Origin: Utricularia gibba
Lineage: Eukaryota > Plantae > Magnoliophyta
NCBI GenBank assembly: GCA_002189035.1
Contig: NEEC01000017.1
Span: 868,001-932,000 of the forward strand
DNA: 64,000 nucleotides
Reading direction: 5' to 3'
Below the pieces are notes generated by a model. It worked only from the letters and a program-made list of their open reading frames with translations. It was not told the DNA's origin and searched no databases. This document shows positions 35,411-48,907 of the stretch, one piece after another. Positions within the stretch are counted from its first letter, which is position 1, and each line of letters opens with the position of its first letter. Position numbers and translations under genes: made by a program.

Positions 35411-36650
35411 TGTCAATCACAAACATATTTCGCCAACCTTCGATGGAAAAGAATACAATATATAGGCTTGAAAAATGGAAATTTACCTCCAAGGTCTCTG
35501 GAAGATTATCGCCACGGATCTCGTCTTTGAGGGAATGCCCGACGAGAAATCTATTGAAGAAAAGATCTATAGAGAAAAAGAAATACAAGCATCGGCGGTT
35601 CTAGCCTCAGCTGTGGTAGGGGATGCTTACCGTTGCATTACCAGAAAATCTCCCAGGAAAGCATGGCTTACCCTAAAAAAAAAAGCATTTGAAGAAACAA
35701 TGGAAGAGAAGCAAAGAGAAATACAAAATCTGTGGAATGAAGTCTATAACTTCAAAATCAAGGATGATGAAGTGGCTACCAGCATTAAACAACTACTAAA
35801 AAAGCTGGAAAAGTTGAAGAGGCTTGACGAAAAAGTTGATGATCAAGGGGAACGTAAGCTCAAAGCACGTGTTATTCATGGAGCACCATCGGAATATGAT
35901 GCAATTATAGAATCACTAGAAGCTAAGAGGTTCCTTGAGACCCTCATCTTGCAACAATTACTTAACCACTTCAAAAACGTGGATAGTAGGCAAAAATCCC
36001 GAAATGAACAACTTCATTCTCTCTGATTGGATCAAAAGGAGATAACCCGGCTCAATCATATGCTACTCCAAGCTTTCAACCACAAAAAAAAAGGAAAAAA
36101 AGGGACCTCATCCTCCCTATCCATATTGTGCTAAAAAAAATCACTTACCTATGAGTTGTTTTTGGAACCCAGAGGCTTACTGCACAAACTGCTCAACCAA
36201 AGGGCATGTGGAGCGGGTGTCTATCCAAGAAGTCTCAAACATCTGGATATTCAGTGGCTATATCTATTGAAAACTCAAAAAAAAAAAACCCAACAAACAA
36301 TGTATCGCCTAATGATATGAATATGAAATTGAAGCTTCTGCTTACTCTTTGTAGATGTATTCTATGTCCCCCATGCATCTCACAACCTACTGAGTGCAGA
36401 ACAATTGATTGAAAATGGATACCATTTCGTTCTAAAAAACGATATGTGCTTACTGAAAGACTCTGCACAGAATGTGGTGCTGAAAGTACCTATGGTAAAC
36501 TGTTTGTTTCCTGTAAATTGTAAATCCACTAACAACAATGTCGGTTTTGCAGCTATCGATACATCCTATTTTTGGAACAAAAGACTTGGACACCATTATT
36601 TTAAGGTGTTGAATACTGCTCAAGCTCAAGGAAACTGTTGCGTGTGGTTT
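35411..36650 (+). mobile_element. Second Copia element, gag/protease/pre-integrase remnant
   Basis: MSITNIFSPTFDGKEYNI*A*KMEIYLQGLW (UBN2-type gag with W-to-stop changes), CCHC remnants, NLLSAEQLIENGY, FWNKRLGH. Confidence 0.75.
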
Positions 36651-37329
36651 CCTCAACAAATTTTAAATATATAAAGCGTAAAACACAAAAGAACGTCGTA
36701 CGAATATCGATCTCAGGGAGTTGTTTTTTGTGAAAAGTGTTTTGTAAGCAACTTCTACAAAATGTCACAGTTTTGCAAAATGAGGTTTTTGAGATGCAGA
36801 AATAAAGTTACAACCTAAGTGATGGGCCTTGACTACGAGACGCTGTTACCTTCTCTCCCTTACACTCGGAATGAGATTCCATCTCCTTCCTTTGTCTATC
36901 TTTGCCTCAGTATTCATTGACTACTTCCAAATAGTTAGTTATAGGAGCAAGGAATAACCTACTCTCCCTTACACTCTGATTTATAAGGAGGACGGGAATA
37001 GCCTCATGTGATTCCCCCTTGGACGACAGAGAAGACAAGAGGATTGTCGTCGATTACCTTCAAAACCGAATTGCGCGCATGTACCCAACTGTTGCCAATG
37101 CTCAGTGGCAAGTACGAGGTCACTACCTGTCCACTGTCACGGTACCTTGGCCACAAACAATCCGCTACTTCCCTCGAACCGACAGGGTTGTGTTGGTATA
37201 TGTGTTCAAGAGACAATCAACTAATTGGCAAATCTTATCTCTTGATGTTTATTTTGAATTGTAATCAAGTTTACATCATCGATAAAATCCTCTACTTGAT
37301 CTATGTGCTATAGAAATTATGATGAGATC

Positions 37330-38600
37330 ATAATGTGAGATTCTTCAAGCACTTATGCTCAAGCTAAAAAACTCCCTGACTAGAGTATTTGTGAAATGAG
37401 GATATGACAAATACAGATAAGCTAGCACATATTGAGTTCCCTAAACTATTTAGGCAATGGTTCTCACAATTGATGTAATGAGATTACTAGAACTTATTTG
37501 TGGGTATCGATTAGAGAATCGATTCACTGGATGACTCATCTTCGTGATGCTACTGTGGAAAGCTAACCAAGTGTCAATAGCAAGATCTCGAATATGAAAG
37601 CCGTGCAAGTAAGCTTAGACTTGAGGTCAACAAAGTTATATTGATCTTAAGCTCATATTTTTGCTTACTACTAATGGGAGCCTAACCATGACTTGCCTAG
37701 TATGGATGAGTAGGGATGTGACTCCTTAAGGTTGAAGATAGTTGATTGATCAATAAATGATTTATCACTCATGTTAGCTATGAGATCATATCTTAAGTAA
37801 TTGCATCAAAGCTTAACAGTAAGTCCTAGACCCAAGGTAATGACACTCGAATTGTTTGAGTAGGTCATTGAGTGTAAGTGCTTGAATACAATTATAAGTT
37901 CAATACATCAGAAACACACACACCCATGTTCTCGTATCGAATGAGATATAAGTATGATGAAAGCTATTCATTGCATGGTGGCTAGTCATGAAAAGACTCA
38001 TTCAGTTCACCTTATTATTCTTTAATCTTGGGGATCATGATATGTTGCTAGACATCACTCATGATCGATAATGATGGATTTGGTTAATTAAAAGTTAATT
38101 AATAAATCCATTATTACGATCTTGATTGAATAAGCCTATAGGGTCACACACAATAGTGGAGTCACTCATCGATATAAAATAGAATGACACAATTACAGGA
38201 GATGTAATTAGTAAAGTGGATAAACTAAATAGAGAAATATTTTGAGATTAATATTGATTAAACTCAAAATAAAAGATCTTATATTGGAACATATGCATAT
38301 CTCCACAAAATAAGATCTTTACGGAGATTTAATTTGATATGTTACCAAATATCTATAAAAAAGATTTAGATCTACAGATCTTCTAACATTTTCGTGCTCT
38401 CTGAGATTGATCCACAAGGAGGCGATTTTCTTCACTAGCACCTGAGGAGATCAACTAGCATTCTACAGCCTTGCAAAAGTTATCGACGGAGTGCTTCATG
38501 TGTGGATACCATAGAGGCCATCTACTATTAGCGGTTGGTGAACAACAGAGTCCTCTGAAAGGTATTTTCAGCATCCCTTTATCTAATGTATACCGTATTC
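37330..38600 (+). mobile_element. Long LTR fragment resembling Angela-lineage Copia LTRs, within nested LTR debris (~36660-39370)
   Basis: Non-coding; carries AAGCCTATAGGGTCACACAC and GTGTGGATACCATAGAGGC, which I recall from dicot Angela LTRs. Boundaries approximate, no TSD resolved. Confidence 0.4.
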
Positions 38601-39399
38601 CAAGATCTGCGTTGGAGTTGATGTTGGTGCTCTTCACCTTGCTCTTCATCAAGACCCGTGAGGAGTGGCCTACTATTCATGGACCATGATTAAGAGTCGT
38701 TACAAAAAGACTGTAACAAGATACGTGAAAGTATGCAAAATCCGAAATGAATTCAATGAAGAACCGAGTTTAGTGCTCAAGATTTGGAATGAAACTTCAT
38801 CTTCTCCCAGAAACTAAAAGAGTTTAACCCAAAAGGGCTAGGAAAACAGAAACGAAAATGGAAGCTAAGTGTTCTTCCTCTTTGGAGGAGAGGAAGAACT
38901 CAAAAGTTCTAAGTACAAAGATAAAATGCAAAAAAGTTCCTTAAAATAAGCGTTCCAAGTTGTTTTTATATCACTACCCACGTGCATTAACTCCTTCTAG
39001 TCCTCTTCCTATCATTCCTTTCGTCTTGCGTACGCCACCAGCTTTCCTTTGTGTGCAAGTTAGCGTCCAATCATTACTGCAGACTCTGATATGTCGTAAA
39101 TCAGGTGCCTTGATCAGTGTCAGTCTTCCGCCCACAATTGTTCCATGTCACGTGCAAGACACAAAAAGTCAGAGTCTAACCTCCTGCAATACTCCATATT
39201 GTCTCCTAACATATCTTGGTCAAAGTACACAAAAAGATAAGGAAAATATATACAAAATAGAAAAATATGATTTTTCTAGGAAATCAATTACTTATCAATA
39301 TAATTCCTAATTGGCGACTTAACACTAGAGTAATACATAATAATACCTAATAATAAACTAGAAAATGACTCTTAACAATAAATTGTATAGAAAGCCATT

Positions 39400-42151
39400 T
39401 TATTTAGTGATTCAGTAGTAAAGGAGAAATTAGAACTTGTGTATATAAATGTTTGTGGACTATTTAAGGAATATTACTTGGGGGGAGTAGATATTTGTTA
39501 TATTTATTAATGATTATTCACATTATCGTTGAGTTTACTTTCTTAAAAGCAAGTCAAAAGTTTCTCATATCTTTTGAAAATTCAAAGTGATGATTGAAAA
39601 TCAGAGTGGATACTCCTTAAAAATGATTAGATCATAAAATGGGGGTGAATTTTATAATAATAGCATGTGAATGTTCTGTGAGAATGATAGAATCATTCAT
39701 CAATTTACAGTATCATATTACCCACAACAGAATGATATATGTGAAAGGAGAATCAAGAATTGTTCTATGAATGTGCAAAATATACTTTAATTGATTATTT
39801 CTTTCTCTGAATGATGCAGAAGCTCATAAAAATCATGGAGGGCATGATACTCACATGAAAGGTAACATTTGGACACCTATGCTCAAAACAACTCTTCCAA
39901 CAATTCAAAAAACCAAGAAACTGAAGATGGAATTGAACATATACATGTGAATGAGAACTCAGAATCAATCTCAGAACTTTTATATGACGATTCAAATCAA
40001 GTAAATGATCAATATTCAAATGGGAATCTCCCTCTCCCAGAAGAGGAGAAAGCTACAAATGCAGATGACTCATCAACAAATGAATCTGGTGGAGAGGAAC
40101 CTGATACTGATGATGAAGATTAGTACCCATTTTATCGTAATTAGCAAGGAAGGAAAAGCAAAAACTTAGGCAATCAATGGAGAATGAAGATAATTATGTT
40201 ATTGACATAAGACGAAGCAAAAGAAACAAGGCTCCTACAATAAGTTTCTCCAAGTTGAATGATGATGTTCAAGATGTTGTAGCTGATGTTTTGGTTGAAC
40301 TATTGACAAGAGATCCAACATCATTTGAAGTAGTTGTACAAAATCCGAAATGGAGAGCTGTCATGGAGGAAGAAATGAATTCTATACTTGAAAATGAAAC
40401 TTGAAAGTTAGTTGACAAACCCAAAGATAGAAGTTTCAAGCCTATTAGCCTCAAGTGGTTATTCAAAACCAAGATGAATGTAGATAGCTCTGTGGATAAA
40501 TATAAGGCTAGATTAGTAGGCAAGAGATATATTCAGATAAAAGGAATAAATTTTCATGAAATCTTTGCACTAGTAGCAAGATTTAACATAATTAAAGTAC
40601 TTCTTGTCATTTCAATTGCTCATGGATGAAAAGTGCATCACATGGATGTGAAGACCGCGTTTTTGAATGGCGTGTTAGATGAGGTTGTTTTTGTTGAACA
40701 ATCAAAGGGTTTTGAAGTGTCAGATCATGAAGGTAAAGTATTGAAGCTAAAAAACTCTCTCTATGGGTTGAATCAAGCCCTAGAGCATGGAATGAATGCA
40801 TGGATAACTTTCTCCAGGCATTAGCTTCATGAAAACATATAGTGATTACTCACTATATGTTAAAGAAAAGGGAGATTATGATTACCGCATGTGATAAAAG
40901 TAAGATTGTAGAATTCAAAGTCCTACTCAAAAATGAATTCAAGATGACTGATCTTGGAGTGATGTTCTACTATTTAGGTATGAAAGTTCATCAACTTGCA
41001 GGTGTTGGAACATTCATATCTCAGAAAAAATACTATAATGGACTTCTTGAAAAGTTTGGATTCAAATATGTAAATCCTTCAAAAACTCCTCTGGATTACA
41101 AACAAGTGATTGAAGAAAACAACCAGGGAAGGAATGTGGATGCTAGTTCATATAGAAGTATAATTGGAAGCCTCATCTATCTCTAGCATATAAGGCTTGA
41201 CCTGTTTTTTGTGTAAATGTCTTATCTCGCTTCCTCAACAAACCAACAACTCACATGCCAGCTGTGAAAAGAACTATCAGGTATATAAAATCTACTAATC
41301 ATTTTGAATTCTTCTATCCCTATAAAGGTGAAAAATCAGCCTTCAAACTTAGAACCTATTTAGACAATAATTATGGTATGGTTAAATAGCAAGAGTACAT
41401 ATAGTGCACTCTTCTTCTAAAATAAGAGCCTTGTAGTCTAGTTTTGAAGAAATAATAGGTGGTGACATAATCAACAGCTGAAATTGAATACATCTTTATA
41501 GCACATGCTTCAAACTATTGCATTTGGTTGAGACAAATATTAAACGAACTTGAATTCATACAAAAGGATGCTACATATCTGCTTATGGATAATAGAACTG
41601 CAATCTCCATGGCCGAGGATCCAACCAACTTCAGCAAGGCCAAACACATAAGAATCATGTATCATGTAATAAGAAATTATATCAAGGAGAAGAAGATCAA
41701 AATGCAGTATGTTGAGAGTGAGAATTAGCTTGTTGATGGGCTTACCAAAAGTTTGAATAGGGTTCAATTTGAGCTAGTAAGGAAGAACATGAATCTAATG
41801 ACTACAGAAGACTTTCTCAAGTTGGGAGATCTCGGTTTGGGGGGGGGATGTTGGAGATCAACCTCAATCCAAATAAGATTGAAGGTGATTGGAAGCATTA
41901 ATTTTATGTCATAAAGTTATTTTTCAGTTAAAAATGTTGGTTTCAATTATTGGGCCTTTTATTTTTATTTTTTTTATTATAATTCATTGTTGTGTAACCT
42001 AGACATTGAATATATATATACCCTACAAATAACTTGTGAGTTAGAGTTTTTTTACACTCTTATTATTGAAGAGTAGGTTTTCATTTAATGTAAACTCATA
42101 AGCATTATCACTTTGTTTATTCGTCAAGACTTTATCTTTGTTAAATCAACA
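39400..42151 (+). mobile_element. Heavily decayed Copia integrase-RT-RNase H with polypurine tract (41839-41848) and 3' LTR (41849 to ~42151)
   Basis: Degenerate LELVY.NVCG, IRS*NGGEF, PQQN, then LKWLFKTK...YKARLV, HHMDVKTAFLNG, FKMTDLG, MDNRTAISMAEDPTNFSKAKHI; G9A PPT followed by TGTTGG...CAACA. Confidence 0.8.
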
Positions 42152-42976
42152 CAAGTAATAATTTATAAGTACTTAATTTCCATTCAATGGGAAAAAAAAT
42201 ATTTATTCACAAAAAAGGGAAAATATTACATTGATATTTGGAGAGAAAATATTTTTAAATATAAAGAATAATATTGTATTGTGAATTATGAGATCGGTTA
42301 AATCCATCTAATCATATGGATTTCTTGTGAAGCACTTGGGCTTTAAAAGTAAATAACATGTGTTGGGGCATGGTTTGCTTGTTAAAAAAAATAAGCCCAT
42401 TTAATAATATATAGTATGTGATTTATTTTGTTTGTAAAAATGGAGATACCATGTTGCTACTGGTAAGACAATTTATTGAAAGGAACCTAGCAATTCTGGT
42501 AGTGGAGACTAAGTATCTTTATCTTGATAAAGTGTTCTAACTAGTCACAATGATTTTGGCTCTACGCACATGATCTAGGGTTCTTCGATCAAATCTTCAA
42601 TTTACAATCAGAATCAAGTTGTATCTTTTCATCTTTTTGATTATTCATATGCGTTTGACTTGGTTCTCTTGCATTTTATGCTTGTAAAATCTATTGGTTT
42701 GGTTTTTGTTATAAAATTTTAGGTTTTTTGTAGATTAGCCTCATTTGTTATTGCAATCTTATGTTATCATAAAATTTACGTGATAAACCAAGTTAAATGT
42801 GTTGTTCTTTGGCTTAAAAACCAATTTAACTATAATTAGATCAAATCTATCAAAGTCTATCATTTATGTCTCATCATAAAAGAGTAAATAATAAAATTAT
42901 ATTGATAATTAAAAGCTAAATATAAATTCTCATGAAATTAAAACTGAAGGTAATTTAATTAAATATCAAAATCTCA

Positions 42977-44619
42977 TCATTTAGTGTCGGCAACAAGTGC
43001 AACAGCAGCTTTGTGAATGGAATCGAAGGCGGTTTGAAGGCAAAACTGGAGCATGGGCCCATCGATCAGCCCATTTTCCGTGCCCAAGGCCATCCTCAAC
43101 TGGCCCATGTAGCTCAATACCGTCACGGTGAGATTCTGTTGGGGCAAGCAAATGACATATATTTAATTAAATTACGTAATTAGGAAGTGAAATTGGGCCG
43201 GGCCGGATCGTACCTGGGGGATCCCGACGACCATGAAATAAAGCCCACGAACGGGATGATTGTTCAAGGCCATTTGCTCAACGGGCCCCACCAAATTGGA
43301 CACCGTGAGGCTCGTGTTCTTCAAACTGGTGTGGATGTATTTGGCGGCGGCGTTAGGGCCCCTCAGTCGCCGAATTCTTTCCATCAGTTTTCCGGTAAGT
43401 AGCGGCGCTGCGGAGTTTCTCTTTCGGCGTATGAGCTTCTGTGATTTGGTGACGAATCTGAGGGGATCGTCGGGCTCGTGCGCGTGCGGTTTGGGTACGG
43501 GGACATGGAGAAACGCGAAACGGTTGCCCCATGACGACGCGCTGCCGCCTTCCACCATCTCCCCCACTGATTTGTAACCGTCGACGTTCCGTGTGTTGAG
43601 GAGAACTAGGGCCGTTGATCTCGCTGGGGTGGAATCTGGGTTTTTGGCGTGCATGTAGAGGCGGATTCCAAGGAAGACCACTCCACATACCACGTCGTTT
43701 ACGCTCTGAAATCGAACAGTAGTGTTGAGTTTATCTGTGGTACCGATAAAGAATGATGTTCTGGAGCTTGAGTTGTATAAATTACCACATGAAGAATAGA
43801 TTTGATTTGCTTGATCTGCTCGAGCGAAAACGACAATGTGGAGATGGATATAGGCCGGAATTCGAGTCCATTTTCGCCGGACCGTATCGGAGTTTTATCA
43901 TCCTCAATGAGAGAGCTCTTTAACAAACTCCATCCAAACTGCGTCACGGTGTTGACCGCTGCGGAAGCAGCCCTTAGGAGGTTCTTGCCGTTGCATTTCC
44001 CGCCAGAAACTTCCTTAGCCCTCTTGATTTCCGGGAATGTGAGTGGCCTCGAAGGATCATCTGCCCGTTGCAAGCAGGAAAGTAGCGCCCCCATTAACGA
44101 GAACCCGTCGCCAAGCGAATGATGCAGCTTGAATATAAGGTTGCCGGCAGCGGTCCTCGTCGGATATGGGAAAATGTGAATTTCCCACAACGGCCTACCC
44201 AGCGGAAGCTCTTCCAACGCCAGCTTCGACAGGTAATCCTTAAGGCATTCATCGTAGAACTCCGGGGACTTCTCAGGTGCTAGGTTTGCCACCTTGACAT
44301 GCTCTTGATACTTCACCTCCACCTTCTTCCACTTCTTGATTCCGTGGTTGTTCTGCACCTACAAGGACTCCAGATATAAAAAACCATGCCCAAAAACTCA
44401 AAACTTACAAGGTCTAAATACCATGATCGATGAGAAACGGTGATTGATCGGGAGAAACACATTAAAAATAAGATGGTTGGTGGAGGCATCATCAAATGTG
44501 ATTGGGATCTCAGACTCCAGAACGGCGATCACGGCTACCGAAATAACTGAGCTGGTGAAGTACTGGCCGGTGGGGGTGACCGGTTCCTCACCCACCACCT
44601 CGCGAGCTGCCGCTGCCAT
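42977..44619 (-). CDS. Wax ester synthase/diacylglycerol O-acyltransferase (WSD1-like); exons 44619-44422, 44358-43786, 43705-43214, 43135-42977; 473 aa
   Basis: EEPVTPTGQYF, PLWEIH, catalytic HHSLGDG, SVNDVVCG, WGNRFAFLHVP, SNLVGPVE, LSYMGQLR; all introns GT-AG and in phase. Confidence 0.92.
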
Positions 44620-46159
44620 AACCCTTCTATGTACGGCCTTGATTTAGCAGGTATGCCTTCTATAGTCCTCCTAAAGACACCAAATTGTGAGCTCCTGCTT
44701 TTGTGTTTCTCACCTTGGTTTGGGTTCAACACGGGACTATTTTATACTTGTCAGTGGGCGCATTTCGGCCGGTGGAGATAACCTGCCAACCAATGAATCG
44801 CTCAGTTTTTATGAAGGTGGTAGAAAGCATTTACTCCCCTACACCAACTGCAACTTTTTTGATTCGTAAAATTTTCAACTTGACTGGCGATATCTGTCGA
44901 CGGGGGGTGTATTCTGTTGCTTTGCTACGGCAGAGGTGTACTGTTACATAGAGATAATTGTCCTGAAACTGAATGTGCGTAGGAATTGATGGCTTGAGTG
45001 GCTCCACTATCCGTCAATTAAAGCTTATCTCCGGCACACAACTGTTGGTGCCCGCCTCTTATTGATTATTTGATATATTCGAGACTAACTAGGATGAAGG
45101 CGATGCGAGCATATCCACATATTACATTAGATTCCAATCTTCTTCATCTGTGGAATCTGTTGATGGTGTATTGTCTCTTCCTGTTTTGAAGGGAGATGGA
45201 TGGGGTCGAATTCCGAGTGCGCATGCTAGGGACAAAGAAACACATCACTCTAGCCGAGGTTTTTACAGGCGGGGCCTGTACATCGAAGGGTATATGGATA
45301 CGTGGCATGGATTACCAAGTGCGCCTAAACTGTAAATCTCATGGAAAGCAGATTAAGGGAACAGACGCAGAAACGTAGTCCACATGTATATGTTATTGTC
45401 ACAAAGGAGGAACATTAAACGCTCACATGTTATTGTGTGTTGGAAACTGCAGGAGCAAAGAAGGGCGTTGATTGAATGCCACCGCGCCCACAACTATAAG
45501 TAGTTTATATCTCAGCAACGAATTCAGCGTGTGTAAAGAAGAGAAGAAATCAGTCTGGAGAGCTGTGGCTGCATTTGGAGGAGAAATGAAGAGATTTTTT
45601 CGAGGGGGTAATGATGAAGATTCTGGGAAAGGGACGAGTCTTCTGGCAAAACAAGTGAAGCAGACGGCAACAAAAAAAAAACTGTGAGGTAGACAATAAA
45701 TTTTGTGCTACAGAATTGATGACAAGGGCGTGGCATGGCTAATTATGAAAAGGTTGGTGTGGCCATCATTATTACCTCACGCGTTCTCCTCTCTGCTGTT
45801 GGGTATGATGATGATGATTCTCCCAGTTTTCCTGCTTTTCAATCACAAAAATATTCAGTTGTCCGGCGCCTAGGAGACACGACTGCGTCTGCACTGCGGA
45901 GTTTGTGGGTCGAACAAACATGATGAACTGGATCGACTCAGCCCACTGGCCAAATGTGTGGTTGATAAACCATCTTACCTCTACCCAGTTTGCGGAATGC
46001 GGTAGAGATGCTCTCCGCAGGTCTGGAACGTGAAGTGGAGAACAGCAAGCTGCAAGAATTCTTAGGTAAAGATGTGAATTTATTATCACTCAAACAGCCC
46101 TTCTTCCTGCCGTAGTACATTAAGGGAAAGTGTGGATTTTGAAGCCAGGTGCATCATGC

Positions 46160-46453
46160 TCAGCTATTGTTTCTAGCACAATAAGTGATCTTGGTGCATC
46201 CACGGGTATAGGGATTGGCGGGCTGGTGGGAATCGCAGTTGTAATAAGATCTTCCCTTGCGGCTACAAGGGACGTTGTCTCTGCCCAGTGCCCCGTACCC
46301 GATATAATCCCCCGATTGTGCGAGCATCCGGCGGCTTATATCCGACGCGATTAGATCATGAAGAAGGGCGGTTGCATGGTGACCGAACGGCGATGGGGAT
46401 GCGAGGCACACTGTCGCAAATGCTATGGAGACGAAGATCTGAAGAAGGTTCAT
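46160..46453 (-). CDS. RALF peptide precursor (97 aa, intronless)
   Basis: Signal peptide, RRML S1P site, YIGYGAL, four Cys with GRSYYNC and ANPYTRGC motifs. Confidence 0.93.
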   Translation of the reverse strand: MNLLQIFVSIAFATVCLASPSPFGHHATALLHDLIASDISRRMLAQSGDYIGYGALGRDNVPCSRKGRSYYNCDSHQPANPYTRGCTKITYCARNNS

Positions 46454-47802
46454 GGCGCAGGAATGAATTCTGATGGGGTGAGGGGTAAGACGAGGAAAAA
46501 TTTAAAGGGGTTTGGAGTAGAGAATGGAGGAGGAAGAGAGGAAGGTGAGAAACAGAAGAGCGGTTCAAGCTCCATGATTTCTCAGAGTTTGTTCCAGTTG
46601 AGAAATATTCCAGCACTGCGGAATCTCCTAATTATAGTATACTCTATGTCTGAAGGATCATAGTTTATTTAAAAACATTAACTAGCTCATGGGACCAGGG
46701 AGCATCTGAAATAAGTGTGCTAGTAGCAGTCCACAGGCTGCTCCGGAGTGGCCTTTCCGGTGGACGGTTTCCACGGCCATCGGAAAAGAAATTATCATTT
46801 TGTTAAGGTGGGCAAAGCACAGGCTTCCTCAGGCACGATCCCGCTCATCTTGTTGTGTTTTAAGTTCCAGACCTCGCGGCGAGACGGTGTCTGAGAGTTG
46901 CTTCTATCAATCACCTTGAGCATATACAGGTACCCAACTCACCCGGGATGCCTGAGTTTGTTTGTATCCCTGTGATAATTATGGTCGAAAATCGGGAATT
47001 TGATTGTTGTTGTGTTGTTCTGTTGGCCCAAAGCTAATATGTAAAAGAGAAAATAGTCCTACGCAGGAGCATGTCTCATGACCAACCCTAGAAAACTGGG
47101 GGAGAAGAAGAGGACCACAGACTTTTAGAAGGTAGGAGAGAGATGAGATCCTTCTTGTGAAGATGATCAAGGGAAGGAAGGGAGAGTAGTGCAGCAGATG
47201 GGAAAGGCCCCTGGAGTCTGTTGCTGCTGAGATCAAATGAAGCAGTGCAATACCAGGAAGAAGGCCTAGTTCCACAGGCAAGAAACCTGCTACATCACCA
47301 TGGTTGAGCTCAGCACCGGCAACGACAACGCCCCCCGGTGAAACTGCAAACTTGGGGCGCTCAGTTGCTGTAGCTAATCTTGAAATGCTGTGTATGCTTG
47401 CTTCATCACTAGTAGCAAACTTGGAGTTGGAACAGGAACAAGGACTGTGACTCCATGTGATGGAAACATAAGAAAGCATCATGATTTTATAAGCCCCCAA
47501 GCCTCTGATGATTCTAAAACACCCCCATTTGCAATGGCCTCGCCGGAACTACTAAAAGTCTGAATAACCGTGTCTGATCCTTTCTCGAAATAACTGTCTC
47601 AACAACCGGATCAGACTACAGCTGAAGCTTAAAACATACGAGTAATGTAATGAAACTTCATCAATTCATACAAATTTACAGAAAAATGCGTTTCAAGTTT
47701 GCATCTTTATCCAAATTATTGTATTCATTTATCACGTGCAATATGGATATCAGCGAATACCCAATACACCGCGGTAATTTTTTATGCTTGAGTTAAAGCA
47801 AA

Positions 47803-48348
47803 CTACCTGGTTCTTTTCGCCACGAAGCCGCGGCCGGTTCCTGCACCATGAACACGCTGAAACGCATCAGCGGCCTCTGCGCCGCCATAAACGTTCCCTG
47901 CATGATGATAATCCATGGCGGAGGCACCATAGATCCCTCCCCCAATCACGACGCCGCCAACAGAATTCACGGCGGCTCCGCCGTCCTCACTACCGCCGGA
48001 AGAAATCTTCTCGCCCTCCATCTCCCTGTATTTGCCCAGGTAAACCTTCAAGGGCTCAACATACTCTTCAAACCCAAGAGTCGTCATAGCCCAGAGCAAA
48101 TCATCACCATTAACAGTCTTCCTTTTCTCCCTCTGGCACTTATCGGAAGCTTCCCCAGTGACGAAGCTGATAAACTCAGAAACACACTCCTGCACCGTCT
48201 CCTTGGCGTCCTTCGAGATCTTTGCGTTAGCCGGGAGAGCTTTCTTCATGATTCTACTAACGTTGGCAATCGGCAAGAATCGATCTTGTTCTTTGTTACT
48301 AGAATTGCTGTTGTTGTACCCACCTGAATCGTTCTCCGAATCCGCCAT
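47803..48348 (-). CDS. Nuclear factor Y subunit B (NF-YB2/B3-like), intronless, 181 aa
   Basis: [69 protein letters not shown]. Confidence 0.95.
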   Translation of the reverse strand: MADSENDSGGYNNSNSSNKEQDRFLPIANVSRIMKKALPANAKISKDAKETVQECVSEFISFVTGEASDKCQREKRKTVNGDDLLWAMTTLGFEEYVEPLKVYLGKYREMEGEKISSGGSEDGGAAVNSVGGVVIGGGIYGASAMDYHHAGNVYGGAEAADAFQRVHGAGTGRGFVAKRTR

Positions 48349-48907
48349 TTTCCCTCTAAAAGCAGAGAGCTTTGAAGTAGCCCAGGTTCAGGTTGCCCCC
48401 TTGATCGAGCTTCTTTCGTTCTTCAATGTTACAGCGTCATCTTCGAGTCACATACGGCGGGGACACTCCTCCAAGTTCGTGCTTTAACAAGTTTGCCTCA
48501 GCGTTGACGCGCTACCGGAGTTCCGGAAAAATGGCGACAAAGGGAACAGAGAATAGATATTTCGCCGGAATCAAACACGTGTCAAAATAATGTCCGGTCT
48601 TTCGAGATAGTGGGCCAGCCGCCAAAAATATCTACCGACGATCGAGCCCAATCCGTAGGCCCTCTATCAAATCATATTATCATAACACTTTCAGAATTTT
48701 TTATTTGAAATGATAACATTCACAGAATTGAAATAATCAGTTTAATGAAAGGAATTATCATAAAAAAGCGTGATTTTCAGTCTGCTATAAAAATCATGTC
48801 TATGCTCCATGCCAGTGGATGTGAAAAGAAGGCAGCATTGCTGGAGAAAATATTATTCCAACAAGAAGAATAAGATATCCCTCATCGTCATCACCATCGG
48901 ACGGGCA

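Noticed and set aside
43187-43688. Overlapping ORFs in the WSD region
   Set aside because: Alternative-frame or antisense products of a GC-rich exon.
47784-48487. Plus-strand ORFs over NF-YB
   Set aside because: Antisense shadows with no domain.
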